Source of the DNA: a virus
Lineage: Duplodnaviria > Caudoviricetes
Length of the DNA: 35,263 nt
Direction: 5' to 3' (one strand)
IMG/VR virus record: IMGVR_UViG_3300042972_000018
Coordinates: 1 to 35,263 of that record
In this document: positions 26,005 through 33,944 of the stretch, piece by piece
Layout of the letters: the number at the start of each line of letters is the position of its first letter
Position numbering within the stretch: the stretch's first letter is position 1
Made by a program: the position numbers and the translations under genes
Notes under the pieces: generated by a model
What the model saw: the letters and a program-made list of their open reading frames with translations, nothing else
What the model was told of the DNA's origin: nothing
Database searches by the model: none

Positions 26005-26139
26005 AACTTGTTAATTAATCGTTAATATTTTTAACACCCCCACGAGGATTTTTCAAAATCCAAAAAATTTTGTCCAAGGCAGTCGTGTGTGGGTTTTGTA
26101 TATATGAGGGGGCTCGAAAAAACGATAGCCCCCATTATT

Positions 26140-26634
26140 TTACTCACGAATAAATTTGTAAATCTTTATTCCTGTCGATGCTGCGATGTCCAACTCAAGA
26201 CGGCAACCTTTGCTCTCAAACCAATGAGGCAAGAAGACAATATAGTCACATGAGAGTAACAATCTAATGTCAACTCGCATGTGGTCACGCCAATCTCCAG
26301 GCTGTGGCAATCCGTTGTTGAATGGATTAACAGGAAAGAGATTATCATCTGCCAGCTCATACTCAACATTTTTGAATGCTGCCATTCTTTCGTCCAAATC
26401 ATAGTGGGCTATCGGTCCAGATATGTAGACTCTTGAATGTTTTGGTATAATGCAGCCGTCAGGGGTTTCAAAACGTTCCATGCCAAAGCTGCAAGTAGGA
26501 TGCAGACGTTTGACGTGATTTGCTGCCAACTCACCATTAGCATAGATGTTGCGTGTGAACTCGTTAATGCTATAGCCTTTTGACTTGAGTAACTCTTTTG
26601 CTAAAGCAATATCGTCTTTTGTTTTATCTTCCAT
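26140..26634 (-). CDS. DUF4406-like (nucleoside deoxyribosyltransferase-like fold) protein
   Basis: VYISGPI...PVNP...HMRVDIRLLLSCDYIVFLPHWFESKGCRLE; start moved to MEDKTK. Confidence 0.8.
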   Translation of the reverse strand: MEDKTKDDIALAKELLKSKGYSINEFTRNIYANGELAANHVKRLHPTCSFGMERFETPDGCIIPKHSRVYISGPIAHYDLDERMAAFKNVEYELADDNLFPVNPFNNGLPQPGDWRDHMRVDIRLLLSCDYIVFLPHWFESKGCRLELDIAASTGIKIYKFIRE

Positions 26635-26824
26635 TGATCTTTCGTTTTTTAAGTTCTTCATTCGCTTTCTTTATAATCGTATCGACGTTACTCTCCAGCT
26701 TCTTGCTTTCAGCCAAATAGAGCTTTGCGTCGGATGATCTCTTCTTTGCTCTGAAATAGTTCTTCTGAGACTGTCTCATCTTGGAGACCAACACAAAGAA
26801 CTCATACGCTTTCTGTTTGCTCAT
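26624..26824 (-). CDS. Hypothetical phage protein
   Basis: 66-aa ORF packed in the operon (MRQSQKNYFR...SKKLE). Confidence 0.65.
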   Translation of the reverse strand: MSKQKAYEFFVLVSKMRQSQKNYFRAKKRSSDAKLYLAESKKLESNVDTIIKKANEELKKRKINGR

Positions 26825-27428
26825 GATCTATTGTCTTAAAGTAATTATCATACTCCTCGTCAAAGCCATGCTCATGGTTGTAGTATGCCTGACCGCGGTC
26901 TACTAAGAACTTGCCAAGAGCGTTAGTTATCATTATCGGGTCAAATGATCCGTAGAACGATCCGTACTTTCCGTCTTGTATTCGGCGGAAGAACAACATC
27001 AACTCACTCACCTTGAGGTAGAATACTCTTGAGATGATCATCTCGCTGAGTTGTGATAGCTGATAGGTTGTTATCTTGCCCTTTGATCCTGAGAACTCGC
27101 TGATGCCAACTAATTGGGTCATCACCCATTGATATGCCGTCCGTGGTCCGTAAGCCTGATTGATTATTGCCAAGGTCGGTGCAGAACCGAAGTAGCAACG
27201 CTTTGCATCCTGAGTGTAAGAGATCAGTTTTTTTGGGCTAAAAAGGCTCATGAACGACTGTCTGTCTCCGTAGTTTCTGATTACGGAGAGCACTTTCGTT
27301 TTCACGCTCAGCCTCTGCAAAGAGCTCTGCGTAGCCTTTGAGACGCTCCCTTGTTGCCGGATCTGCGTTAATGCCGAGTCCATCGCCGTCTTCAATGGCG
27401 GAATTTCTGTTTTCGTTTTCTGTTCCAT
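26802..27428 (-). CDS. Replication-module protein downstream of the initiator (possible helicase loader equivalent)
   Basis: Position; LKVSELMLFF...GKYGSFYGSFDP motif. Confidence 0.6.
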   Translation of the reverse strand: MEQKTKTEIPPLKTAMDSALTQIRQQGSVSKATQSSLQRLSVKTKVLSVIRNYGDRQSFMSLFSPKKLISYTQDAKRCYFGSAPTLAIINQAYGPRTAYQWVMTQLVGISEFSGSKGKITTYQLSQLSEMIISRVFYLKVSELMLFFRRIQDGKYGSFYGSFDPIMITNALGKFLVDRGQAYYNHEHGFDEEYDNYFKTIDHEQTESV

Positions 27429-28353
27429 GTGCTGTATTGTTATAATTGCCGTCTAAAATCTTGGGGAAATTGTTTGGTTTTAAAATCCAATCGAATGTTG
27501 CTACAAAGCCTCGTTCGCCACCGCCGTTGAGAAAATCACTTTGACTCGCGAGGACGATGACTTTTTTGACATTCTCGATGCCGTAGTTCCGGATGCGAGC
27601 TTCAAGCATTGATTTTCTCTGATTTTCGATCTTCGAGCGGATGCGTGGCATTGTCGAATGATTTTCATCCAGAGTTTTATTATAAAATTCTTTGAAATCG
27701 AAATTTAAATCGCAGCCAGCAGCCAGCGTTCTTTCCATTGCTGGTACGTTAGTACTAGCAATCTTTGAGTTATTATATATATTATTATATTCTCTCTCTG
27801 TTGTCGTTTTGTTTGTCGTTTTGTTTGTCGGTTGCTTTGTCGGTTGGTTTGTCACTTCGTTTGTCATTTCGTTTGTCGCTAATTCATTTTTGATTGATGT
27901 AACTACTTGTTTTTTAGTGCTTTGCGGATTTATTTTGTTTGTCGTTTTGTTTGTCGGTTGGTTTGTCACTTCGTTTGTCATTTCGTTTGTCGGTTGCTTT
28001 GTCGTTTTGTTTGTCGCTCCTTTGTCGCTCGAAGATACGCTAACCTGATAACTGTCATATTTACAGATAGTTATAAGCCTAAATTGTTTGTCGCTTATCA
28101 TAGTGATTTCGGACGTCTCAACAAGCCTTGATAAACACGTTCTGATAGAGCGGACGGTGATGCCTGTCTGTTCTGACAAAGTTGCAAGAGATGTTACGAT
28201 TTGCCCTTTTTTCACCGACTTTCCACGCACGCTACGATCATAAGGGCTTGCAGTCATCAGCAGATGCAAAAACAAATGAACCATGTGAGAGTCTTTATAC
28301 CACTCCCACTCCGTCAATTTCCGATATAGTTTCAACCAGCCTTCCATAATCAA
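27238..28353 (-). CDS. Phage replication initiator / replisome organizer
   Basis: GWLKLYRKLTEWEWY, N-terminal winged HTH (GQIVTSLATLSEQTG), central iteron-encoded repeats, FDWILKPNNFPKILDGNY. Confidence 0.85.
   Translation of the reverse strand: MIMEGWLKLYRKLTEWEWYKDSHMVHLFLHLLMTASPYDRSVRGKSVKKGQIVTSLATLSEQTGITVRSIRTCLSRLVETSEITMISDKQFRLITICKYDSYQVSVSSSDKGATNKTTKQPTNEMTNEVTNQPTNKTTNKINPQSTKKQVVTSIKNELATNEMTNEVTNQPTKQPTNKTTNKTTTEREYNNIYNNSKIASTNVPAMERTLAAGCDLNFDFKEFYNKTLDENHSTMPRIRSKIENQRKSMLEARIRNYGIENVKKVIVLASQSDFLNGGGERGFVATFDWILKPNNFPKILDGNYNNTAHGTENENRNSAIEDGDGLGINADPATRERLKGYAELFAEAERENESALRNQKLRRQTVVHEPF
27770..28030. repeat. Iteron array plus AT-rich tract: putative phage replication origin
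   Basis: TTGTC cores at 12-bp period: 7 copies at 27801-27877 and 8 copies at 27939-28026 (last spacing 11). AT-only run around 27770-27791. Confidence 0.8.
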
Positions 28354-28565
28354 TTCTTTTTTATAATTTTCTTTCTTGACAATGATCGCTCGTAAAGGTC
28401 ACAAAACCTTTTGGCGCTCGCAACGTCACGCACGTATTGCTCAAAGTAAGTGTCATAACATTTCGTACACTCAGCAATGAGCGGATCATTATCCCGGTAG
28501 GAGATAAGATTAGCCCACTTGCAAGTCATGCAAGTGACAAAAGCAGTCTTATCCTTTTTGCCCAT
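28350..28565 (-). CDS. Small Cys-rich hypothetical protein
   Basis: CMTC...C..C...C; overlapping stop/start packing. Confidence 0.6.
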   Translation of the reverse strand: MGKKDKTAFVTCMTCKWANLISYRDNDPLIAECTKCYDTYFEQYVRDVASAKRFCDLYERSLSRKKIIKKN

Positions 28566-28920
28566 AATCTATTTCCTTCAGTTCAAACTCAATGCGAGGA
28601 TTTTTCTTGTCGATAAACTTCCGCGCAATGATCCTTGTGCATTTGTTGTCGTTTTTGATAGCCCCAGCAGTTTGCAGGCAGTCAAGGACTATCTTTAGTG
28701 TGTTGTCTAGGTCATGTGACATAGTAGCCACGTAGACGTCAATAGTAAGCTCAAACAAGTCCTCAATCATCTTTCCGCGGTATGATCCACATTGGAGGTA
28801 AAAACTCCGCTCATATCGCTTTAAAACGGCTGATTTGCAAAGTGACCCATGTCCGTCAATCCGGATGATCCGGTAACAGTTGGGCTTACTTGGTACCTGA
28901 CCGATGATTGTCTGCATCAT
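28549..28920 (-). CDS. RusA-like Holliday junction resolvase
   Basis: VPSKPN, DLDNTLKIVLDCLQ, IKNDNKC, DKKNPRIEF; start moved to MMQTII. Confidence 0.85.
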   Translation of the reverse strand: MMQTIIGQVPSKPNCYRIIRIDGHGSLCKSAVLKRYERSFYLQCGSYRGKMIEDLFELTIDVYVATMSHDLDNTLKIVLDCLQTAGAIKNDNKCTRIIARKFIDKKNPRIEFELKEIDYGQKG

Positions 28921-29275
28921 ATTTTTCAAAATAAAATTCGATAGGTTTGTCATCATAGCTAAGGAGTCCGTAATCAAGACTTTGCCTGACCTGAAACGAC
29001 CTCTCAACAATCCGTCTTGCTTGTAGTCGGAGTTCTTCACGAAAATCTTCGATGGACATTGTACTCTTCCTGAAATTACAACTTCGACATGACGGATTAT
29101 AGTTACTAATATTATCATCACCACGTTTCAGTCCATCCAGTCTCCGCTTATCCCAGCCACGATAGAGTGGTATGATATGATCCACCTGCATATCCTTGTA
29201 TGCGATTTCTTTGCCACAATAAGCGCAATGACCACCGTACTTATTGTATATCTTAATTCTCGTTTTCTTATTCAT
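28886..29275 (-). CDS. HNH endonuclease
   Basis: GHCAYCG...MQVDHIIP...NYNPSCRSCNFRK. Confidence 0.9.
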   Translation of the reverse strand: MNKKTRIKIYNKYGGHCAYCGKEIAYKDMQVDHIIPLYRGWDKRRLDGLKRGDDNISNYNPSCRSCNFRKSTMSIEDFREELRLQARRIVERSFQVRQSLDYGLLSYDDKPIEFYFEKYDADNHRSGTK

Positions 29276-29456
29276 TCTTCGATGTCTCAAAATGGCAGGG
29301 ACCTATCTCATCGACAAATAGCGAGCATGGAACGCACGTTGTTCCGTTGCAGCGGTCTTTCAGGTCGCATAAGTCGCAACCGTCAATGACCGCCTCTTTG
29401 TTCGCTACAGCCTTATAGACCGTCCCTGATAGTATTATTCTGTTAGTCGTGCTCAT
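29268..29456 (-). CDS. Small Cys-rich hypothetical protein
   Basis: GCDLCDL..C...C..C...C; operon packing. Confidence 0.6.
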   Translation of the reverse strand: MSTTNRIILSGTVYKAVANKEAVIDGCDLCDLKDRCNGTTCVPCSLFVDEIGPCHFETSKNE

Positions 29457-29457
29457 A

Positions 29458-30090
29458 TTATAGTTTTATCTCCGGATTCAGTTCTAAAGCCTTGTCCGAT
29501 GCCTCTTGATAGACAACAGGCGAGTTGAGTCGATTGAGGACGACGTTAAGGGCATCGTGGCATTGCCTGTCTTTGCTAAAGTCTATTGGCTCTTTGCTCT
29601 TTATCGGCAACTCTACCTTGTCGCATACGTCGATGATCATACGACAGATGGGCGTGATGTCAGTAGCAATAGCGTAATCTGTGTTTGCCAAGACAGGATA
29701 TTTTTTGATAAATCTATCCCTGGTATTGATGTACCAGATGGCAAACACGTGAGTGATCTCGCAATCTGCAACAACGGACGGATTGTCACATCCTCCCTTT
29801 TGCGCACGATCGAAGATAGAGAGATGGAGGATTGCAATATCCCGGCTTATCTTGACAAAGGCATTATCAGCGAGATCCGACAAAACTCCGTAATACTCGT
29901 CCTTGAGCATCTTATGGAGATAGCCTGTAAAGCCCTCAAATCGCATGGCCACATTATTGCAGCCATGCTTGACATCCCTCTTCAGCAAATCCTCATCGTC
30001 CAGGTGGTCCTCAAAATCGTCAAATTGGTTTTGGACCATAAAGGCATACAGTAAAAACATACTGTATTGTTTTTCCAGATTGTAATCCAT
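29458..30090 (-). CDS. Hypothetical phage protein
   Basis: ORF track 29458..30111; start probably MDYNL. Confidence 0.65.
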   Translation of the reverse strand: MDYNLEKQYSMFLLYAFMVQNQFDDFEDHLDDEDLLKRDVKHGCNNVAMRFEGFTGYLHKMLKDEYYGVLSDLADNAFVKISRDIAILHLSIFDRAQKGGCDNPSVVADCEITHVFAIWYINTRDRFIKKYPVLANTDYAIATDITPICRMIIDVCDKVELPIKSKEPIDFSKDRQCHDALNVVLNRLNSPVVYQEASDKALELNPEIKL

Positions 30091-30094
30091 AGCC

Positions 30095-30643
30095 TTAGAA
30101 TTTTTTACCATGCAAGTATGGACGCGACTCGTTGTATCTCATTTTCATCCGGACGAATAAGTCAAGATTAATGTTAAAAATCTTTGCAAGCCCGATTACC
30201 TCAGAAAGGATATTGCAAACCATATCCTCATCGCTTTTCCAAAAATAATCGCACATCCATTGAATGATGGCATAGCAAGATTCCGAAAAAGTCTTGTTAC
30301 CGATGAGCTGCACTGGTGCAGGAGTAAAGGCGTGCAGGTCTATCCCTTTCATTCCGGCATAATCGAGTAGCCGGATGAACGTGTCGGCCACCTCATCCTC
30401 TACAGAGTCTTTAACGAGGTTTTTGTATTCATCCATCCAATGTTTGATACTCTTAACCTCTTGTATTTCGGGCATGAGCTCATTAAGTGCGAAATGACTT
30501 CTACGCTCAGCCTCAACAGCCTCAGCCAGCTCTGTGATGATAAGCATTTTGCAGGTATCATCAGAGATCGGTTTGTCGTGGAAACCGTGCCTTTTGGCAT
30601 TATCAAAAACCTTGTCCTTTAAATCATTTAAGTCTTCCATCAT
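30095..30643 (-). CDS. MazG-like nucleotide pyrophosphohydrolase
   Basis: LIITELAEAVEA...VEDEVADTFIRLLD...KMRYNESRPYLHGKK. Confidence 0.82.
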   Translation of the reverse strand: MMEDLNDLKDKVFDNAKRHGFHDKPISDDTCKMLIITELAEAVEAERRSHFALNELMPEIQEVKSIKHWMDEYKNLVKDSVEDEVADTFIRLLDYAGMKGIDLHAFTPAPVQLIGNKTFSESCYAIIQWMCDYFWKSDEDMVCNILSEVIGLAKIFNINLDLFVRMKMRYNESRPYLHGKKF

Positions 30644-30656
30644 AATTATTTCCTTT

Positions 30657-30688
30657 TTGTGCCCCTGTCATTAAGGACCAGGGCACAA
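30657..30688. promoter_or_regulatory. Hairpin downstream of VR2 (candidate DGR target-recognition element or terminator)
   Basis: TTGTGCCCCTGTC-attaag-GACCAGGGCACAA, 11 of 13 pairs; 6-nt loop containing TTAA like the VR1 hairpin. Confidence 0.6.
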
Positions 30689-30718
30689 CTTTATGAAACA
30701 ACAATTAACAACTAACAA

Positions 30719-31252
30719 TTAAAATGCTGAGACTGCCCTAACGAGACCTGAGTAGCCCGCCTTAGTGCCCCAGCCGAGGTTGCCAACGAGGAGGGACAGA
30801 CCCCAAGCGTAAGAACTGCTGCATTCCGTTGATGTCCAATACCAACCGTCCCAAAAAGGCTTTCCTCCAACAAATTTGATTGCCTCATCAATCCCCTTTC
30901 GGAAAAGTTGGATGAACTTTAACTCAGCAGCCGATGGAATATATTCTCCGTCTTCGAGATTGATTTCCGGATTCAGGCCTATCTGCTCCAGGTGTTTGGT
31001 ATTCTCTTTGCCATTCCAGTCAGCGGTGGCATCAAGGTAGTTGTCCTTATAGCCGTCATAGTCTGTGTGGTCCATTTTCGACGTCAGCGGTACATAATCC
31101 GCTGATGCGTCATGCAGGGCAATACAGATGGCTTTCGAGCCAAGTTTAAGCCCAACATATCTACAATTCTTTCTCTCCTGTTCACTGTTTCTTCCGGTGA
31201 ACCGGATTTTCTTTCCGTTTTTCAGTATTAAGTAAATTCCATCCATTTTCAT
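30719..31252 (-). CDS. DGR target protein 2 (remote); stand-alone CLec-like variable domain
   Basis: Shares DWNGKxNT, [LI]PSxAE, WYWTSTE and VRAVSAF with target 1; the 3' end matches the TR. Confidence 0.9.
   Translation of the reverse strand: MKMDGIYLILKNGKKIRFTGRNSEQERKNCRYVGLKLGSKAICIALHDASADYVPLTSKMDHTDYDGYKDNYLDATADWNGKENTKHLEQIGLNPEINLEDGEYIPSAAELKFIQLFRKGIDEAIKFVGGKPFWDGWYWTSTECSSSYAWGLSLLVGNLGWGTKAGYSGLVRAVSAF
30725..30819 (-). repeat. Variable region VR2
   Basis: Matches TR 3966-4063 with 14 substitutions, all at TR adenines, plus a 3-nt deletion in the AAC-AAC tandem. Confidence 0.93.
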
Positions 31253-31284
31253 AGCCTATTTTTATTGTTTACTTTTTAGGTTAA

Positions 31285-31584
31285 TTAAAAATCTATCGCA
31301 TCGAAGAGCGCATTAAATTTGGCTATCTTCGTGGGGTCGCCCTTTATCGTCTGGAAATAAGCCGACATGACTTTGAACAGAAAGGCTGCGAAAGCGTCTG
31401 TTCGGTGCATCTGCGATAAAAGGCTATCGCCCATTATCCGAGTTTTGCCGACGACCGTGCCGTAAACGTGTTGTCCGCCATTATTGACCATGAGGCAAAG
31501 CAGGGATTCGTTGTCCCTGATCTCTGTCTTCGCAACCGCTTCTTGCAGCTCATCCAAGGTCATTGTTTTCTTGTTCTTATCCAT
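31285..31584 (-). CDS. Hypothetical phage protein
   Basis: ORF track; operon packing. Confidence 0.6.
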   Translation of the reverse strand: MDKNKKTMTLDELQEAVAKTEIRDNESLLCLMVNNGGQHVYGTVVGKTRIMGDSLLSQMHRTDAFAAFLFKVMSAYFQTIKGDPTKIAKFNALFDAIDF

Positions 31585-31589
31585 AATCG

Positions 31590-32147
31590 TTATTTGTTAG
31601 GCAATGACCTGGTATAAGTCTTGTCGCTGATGGCACCCACCAAACCGGTCATTATTTTAAGTTTTTCTAACTCTTCATCAGTCAGGGGTGCGTTGTCCTC
31701 CTTTTGATCATCGAGAGATTCCCTCAGGAAAAGGTTATGCTTGTACCGATAGACATCGAAAAACGCATCTTCCGTCTTTTTCAATTCGTCGGCCATATTT
31801 CTTTTGTGCCAGGCGAAGAGATTGCTTATCTCTGCATACTGATATGCTGTCAGCGATATTATTATTACATTTCCGCATTTGGTATAGGTCGCATGGTGAG
31901 CCTCATCGTCGGTGATGTTCTTGAAAACGCATGACCAGAAAAGTTTCTCGTATATTGCCTTTCCGGGCCTGAAACGGTAAAATTTCCTTTTGTTCTCAAG
32001 CAAATCCTCCAAAGCGATATTGTACCTTTTGCACATATTTTCAAGCAGCCTTTTTGCATTTGCAGCCTCACCGCCCTCACCGCGTTGCGAAAGCGCCAAG
32101 AGCTTCTTCAGTTTATCCTTGATTGATTCATGTTCCGTCATATCCAT
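31590..32147 (-). CDS. DUF2786-like domain protein
   Basis: IKDKLKKLLALSQRGEGGEAANAKRLLENMCKRYNI N-terminus. Confidence 0.72.
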   Translation of the reverse strand: MDMTEHESIKDKLKKLLALSQRGEGGEAANAKRLLENMCKRYNIALEDLLENKRKFYRFRPGKAIYEKLFWSCVFKNITDDEAHHATYTKCGNVIIISLTAYQYAEISNLFAWHKRNMADELKKTEDAFFDVYRYKHNLFLRESLDDQKEDNAPLTDEELEKLKIMTGLVGAISDKTYTRSLPNK

Positions 32148-32159
32148 ATTTCCTTGTCT

Positions 32160-32315
32160 TTACCAATCGCAATTTAACTGTACCTCGTCACCCTCTGTCT
32201 TGACAAAGTTGATGTAGAGCGGTCCCTGATCTCCGATCATGATTGACACGACCTTATCACCGTTTCCTGCCTCTTTCATTGCGGTCAACTCCTTTATCAG
32301 TTCATTTGTTGTCAT
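32160..32315 (-). CDS. Unannotated 51-aa protein (MTTNELIKELTAMKEAGNGDKVVSI...)
   Basis: Hand-translated; GAGGAGG upstream; fills the gap between neighbours; MTxxELIxxL start is common in small phage proteins. Confidence 0.6.
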   Translation of the reverse strand: MTTNELIKELTAMKEAGNGDKVVSIMIGDQGPLYINFVKTEGDEVQLNCDW

Positions 32316-32327
32316 AGTTGTTCCTCC

Positions 32328-32816
32328 TCACCGGCCCATGGGGTCTTTTTGCTGCGTTTCACCGGATGGAATGTCCTCGTTACCTTTTTGGCTATCATCT
32401 TTGACAGACTCAGAGTTATCAGGATCATCAGGGTGACCAGCAGCATGATTATCATTACTGCCATGAGTTCCATCATTGTCGTGTAAATTGATAATATCAT
32501 CATTTTTGTTTGTTGGATTAATTGGATAAAAGGGGTGTTGGAGTTCGTAATATTTTGGGCTTACAAGGGTATATATAAAACCGTTAACGGCAGTATAGAC
32601 CGCTTGGATAAACATTGCCAACAGCCATATCAAGAGGATTGCAACCAATGACACCAATATGCTGACCACGATATTTCCAAATAAGCCCTTGCCTGGACAG
32701 ATCGGCAGGCTGCATAGCCAAACGACAAACAAAGCCATCAGTCCTAAAACTGCTATAACCGCCAAGACGGCTATCAATGATGCCAATAGACCTCGATGCT
32801 CGATAAAATTCTTCAT
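32328..32816 (-). CDS. Membrane protein (2 TM helices, acidic disordered tail)
   Basis: Two long hydrophobic stretches. Confidence 0.65.
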   Translation of the reverse strand: MKNFIEHRGLLASLIAVLAVIAVLGLMALFVVWLCSLPICPGKGLFGNIVVSILVSLVAILLIWLLAMFIQAVYTAVNGFIYTLVSPKYYELQHPFYPINPTNKNDDIINLHDNDGTHGSNDNHAAGHPDDPDNSESVKDDSQKGNEDIPSGETQQKDPMGR

Positions 32817-32817
32817 C

Positions 32818-32901
32818 TCATGCAAATATTAATATGATGAAATACGCCATAAACAGTCCTGCGACCGTATATGCAAATGATTTTAAATCTTCAGCTTCCA
32901 T
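32818..32901 (-). CDS. Unannotated 27-aa single-TM peptide (MEAEDLKSFAYTVAGLFMAYFIILIFA)
   Basis: Hand-translated; fills the 32817-32917 gap; stop is 1 nt before the next ATG. Confidence 0.45.
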   Translation of the reverse strand: MEAEDLKSFAYTVAGLFMAYFIILIFA

Positions 32902-32917
32902 AATGGTTATTTTTAAG

Positions 32918-33208
32918 TTATTGTAATCTTAATCTCTTCAAGGTGATGTATGTGTCAGCCTTGTTTTCTATCTCCTGATTGGATGGCACCCTCGAGTCAA
33001 GCTGCCAATCCTCGATTTCCGATTTTTTGAAAAATATCTTTTTCCCCTGCCGGTAGTATGGGAGGTCGTGGTCATGCACCATGTGGCGGATTCGGCTTTC
33101 CGATACGCCCATCAATACCGCCAAGTCAGAGACTGTGAGGACGTTCTTCGCTGCCAAGAGCGACAGCCTTTCGATTTTTTCTAATAACTCCTCGATTCGC
33201 TCTTCCAT
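32918..33208 (-). CDS. Excisionase-like helix-turn-helix protein
   Basis: VLTVSDLAVLMGVSESRIRHMV...LPYYRQGKKIFFKKSEIEDW. Confidence 0.85.
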   Translation of the reverse strand: MEERIEELLEKIERLSLLAAKNVLTVSDLAVLMGVSESRIRHMVHDHDLPYYRQGKKIFFKKSEIEDWQLDSRVPSNQEIENKADTYITLKRLRLQ

Positions 33209-33212
33209 AGCC

Positions 33213-33566
33213 TCAACTCCTCCTTTCCATTCTCTCTACCCGAACGGTGCTCCTTTCCGACCTTATCAGGTTTCGCCCTGAGAACATGCTGGGCATTGCC
33301 ACAACAAGGAGTATCAGGGCAATCACCTGACGCTTGATAGGTGACAGGTCAAACGAGATGTTGTAACGCGTGCAGAACCACCAGGCGGACAGTTCGTTGA
33401 TCTTTGTTACTCCAATCTTCCTGAAGATGTTGGCAGCGTGGTTTTGGACTGTGTTTTCGGATATAAACAGTCTGTTGGCAACGTCCTTTTTGGTTGCTCC
33501 CCACGCAAACAGTTCCGCAATTTGCTTTTCTCTTTTTGTTAAGTTGTTAGTTTCGTCTTTCTTCAT
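33213..33566 (-). CDS. LuxR-type HTH regulator with C-terminal hydrophobic segment
   Basis: LTKREKQIAELFAWGATKKDVANRLFISENTVQNHAANIFRKIG; start moved to MKKDET. Confidence 0.85.
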   Translation of the reverse strand: MKKDETNNLTKREKQIAELFAWGATKKDVANRLFISENTVQNHAANIFRKIGVTKINELSAWWFCTRYNISFDLSPIKRQVIALILLVVAMPSMFSGRNLIRSERSTVRVERMERRS

Positions 33567-33567
33567 T

Positions 33568-33786
33568 TTAATTTTCTCCCCAGACCTCTGTGATTCCATA
33601 CTTTCGGAATATGGAATTGATTTTTTTGTATTCACTAATTTTCGGTTCAATCGTTCCGTTAAGGTGCCTGATCCAAGACATTCTACCGCGGATCTCGAAT
33701 GCCGTCATGATCTCCGCCTTGATCTTTTTGGCGTCTTTTTTTCGGACTTGATTCCAGCCTTTCCTAAAAGAATATTCCTTTGCCAT
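33568..33786 (-). CDS. Cro-like first early gene
   Basis: 72 aa, basic, divergent from the repressor gene. Confidence 0.65.
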   Translation of the reverse strand: MAKEYSFRKGWNQVRKKDAKKIKAEIMTAFEIRGRMSWIRHLNGTIEPKISEYKKINSIFRKYGITEVWGEN

Positions 33787-33842
33787 GTATTTTTTATATC
33801 AAATAGTCTATTCTTACTATTGCAAGTATCTCACAAAATGAT

Positions 33843-33924
33843 TACCTTTGTATCGTAATTAGTAACAATGCAAAGATACAGAAAATATCTGTATCTCCAA
33901 CATAAAGTACAGATAATATCTGTA
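33843..33924. promoter_or_regulatory. Lysis/lysogeny switch: opposed -7 promoters and two 17-bp operators
   Basis: TACCTTTG (+, 33843-33850), TATCTTTG (-, 33871-33878), and TACAGA-N5-TCTGTA at 33877-33893 and 33908-33924. Confidence 0.8.
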
Positions 33925-33944
33925 TTTTAACATAATTTAGTTAT

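Noticed and set aside
27801-28026. Short periodic repeats as a CRISPR array
   Set aside because: 12-bp period with no unique spacers, in frame within the initiator gene, and no cas genes. Better explained as iterons.
740-32503. Numerous + strand and alternative-frame ORFs in the track (e.g. 13081..13635, 21434..21988, 29506..30054, 4064..4267)
   Set aside because: They are shadows of well-supported - strand genes with no recognisable motifs.
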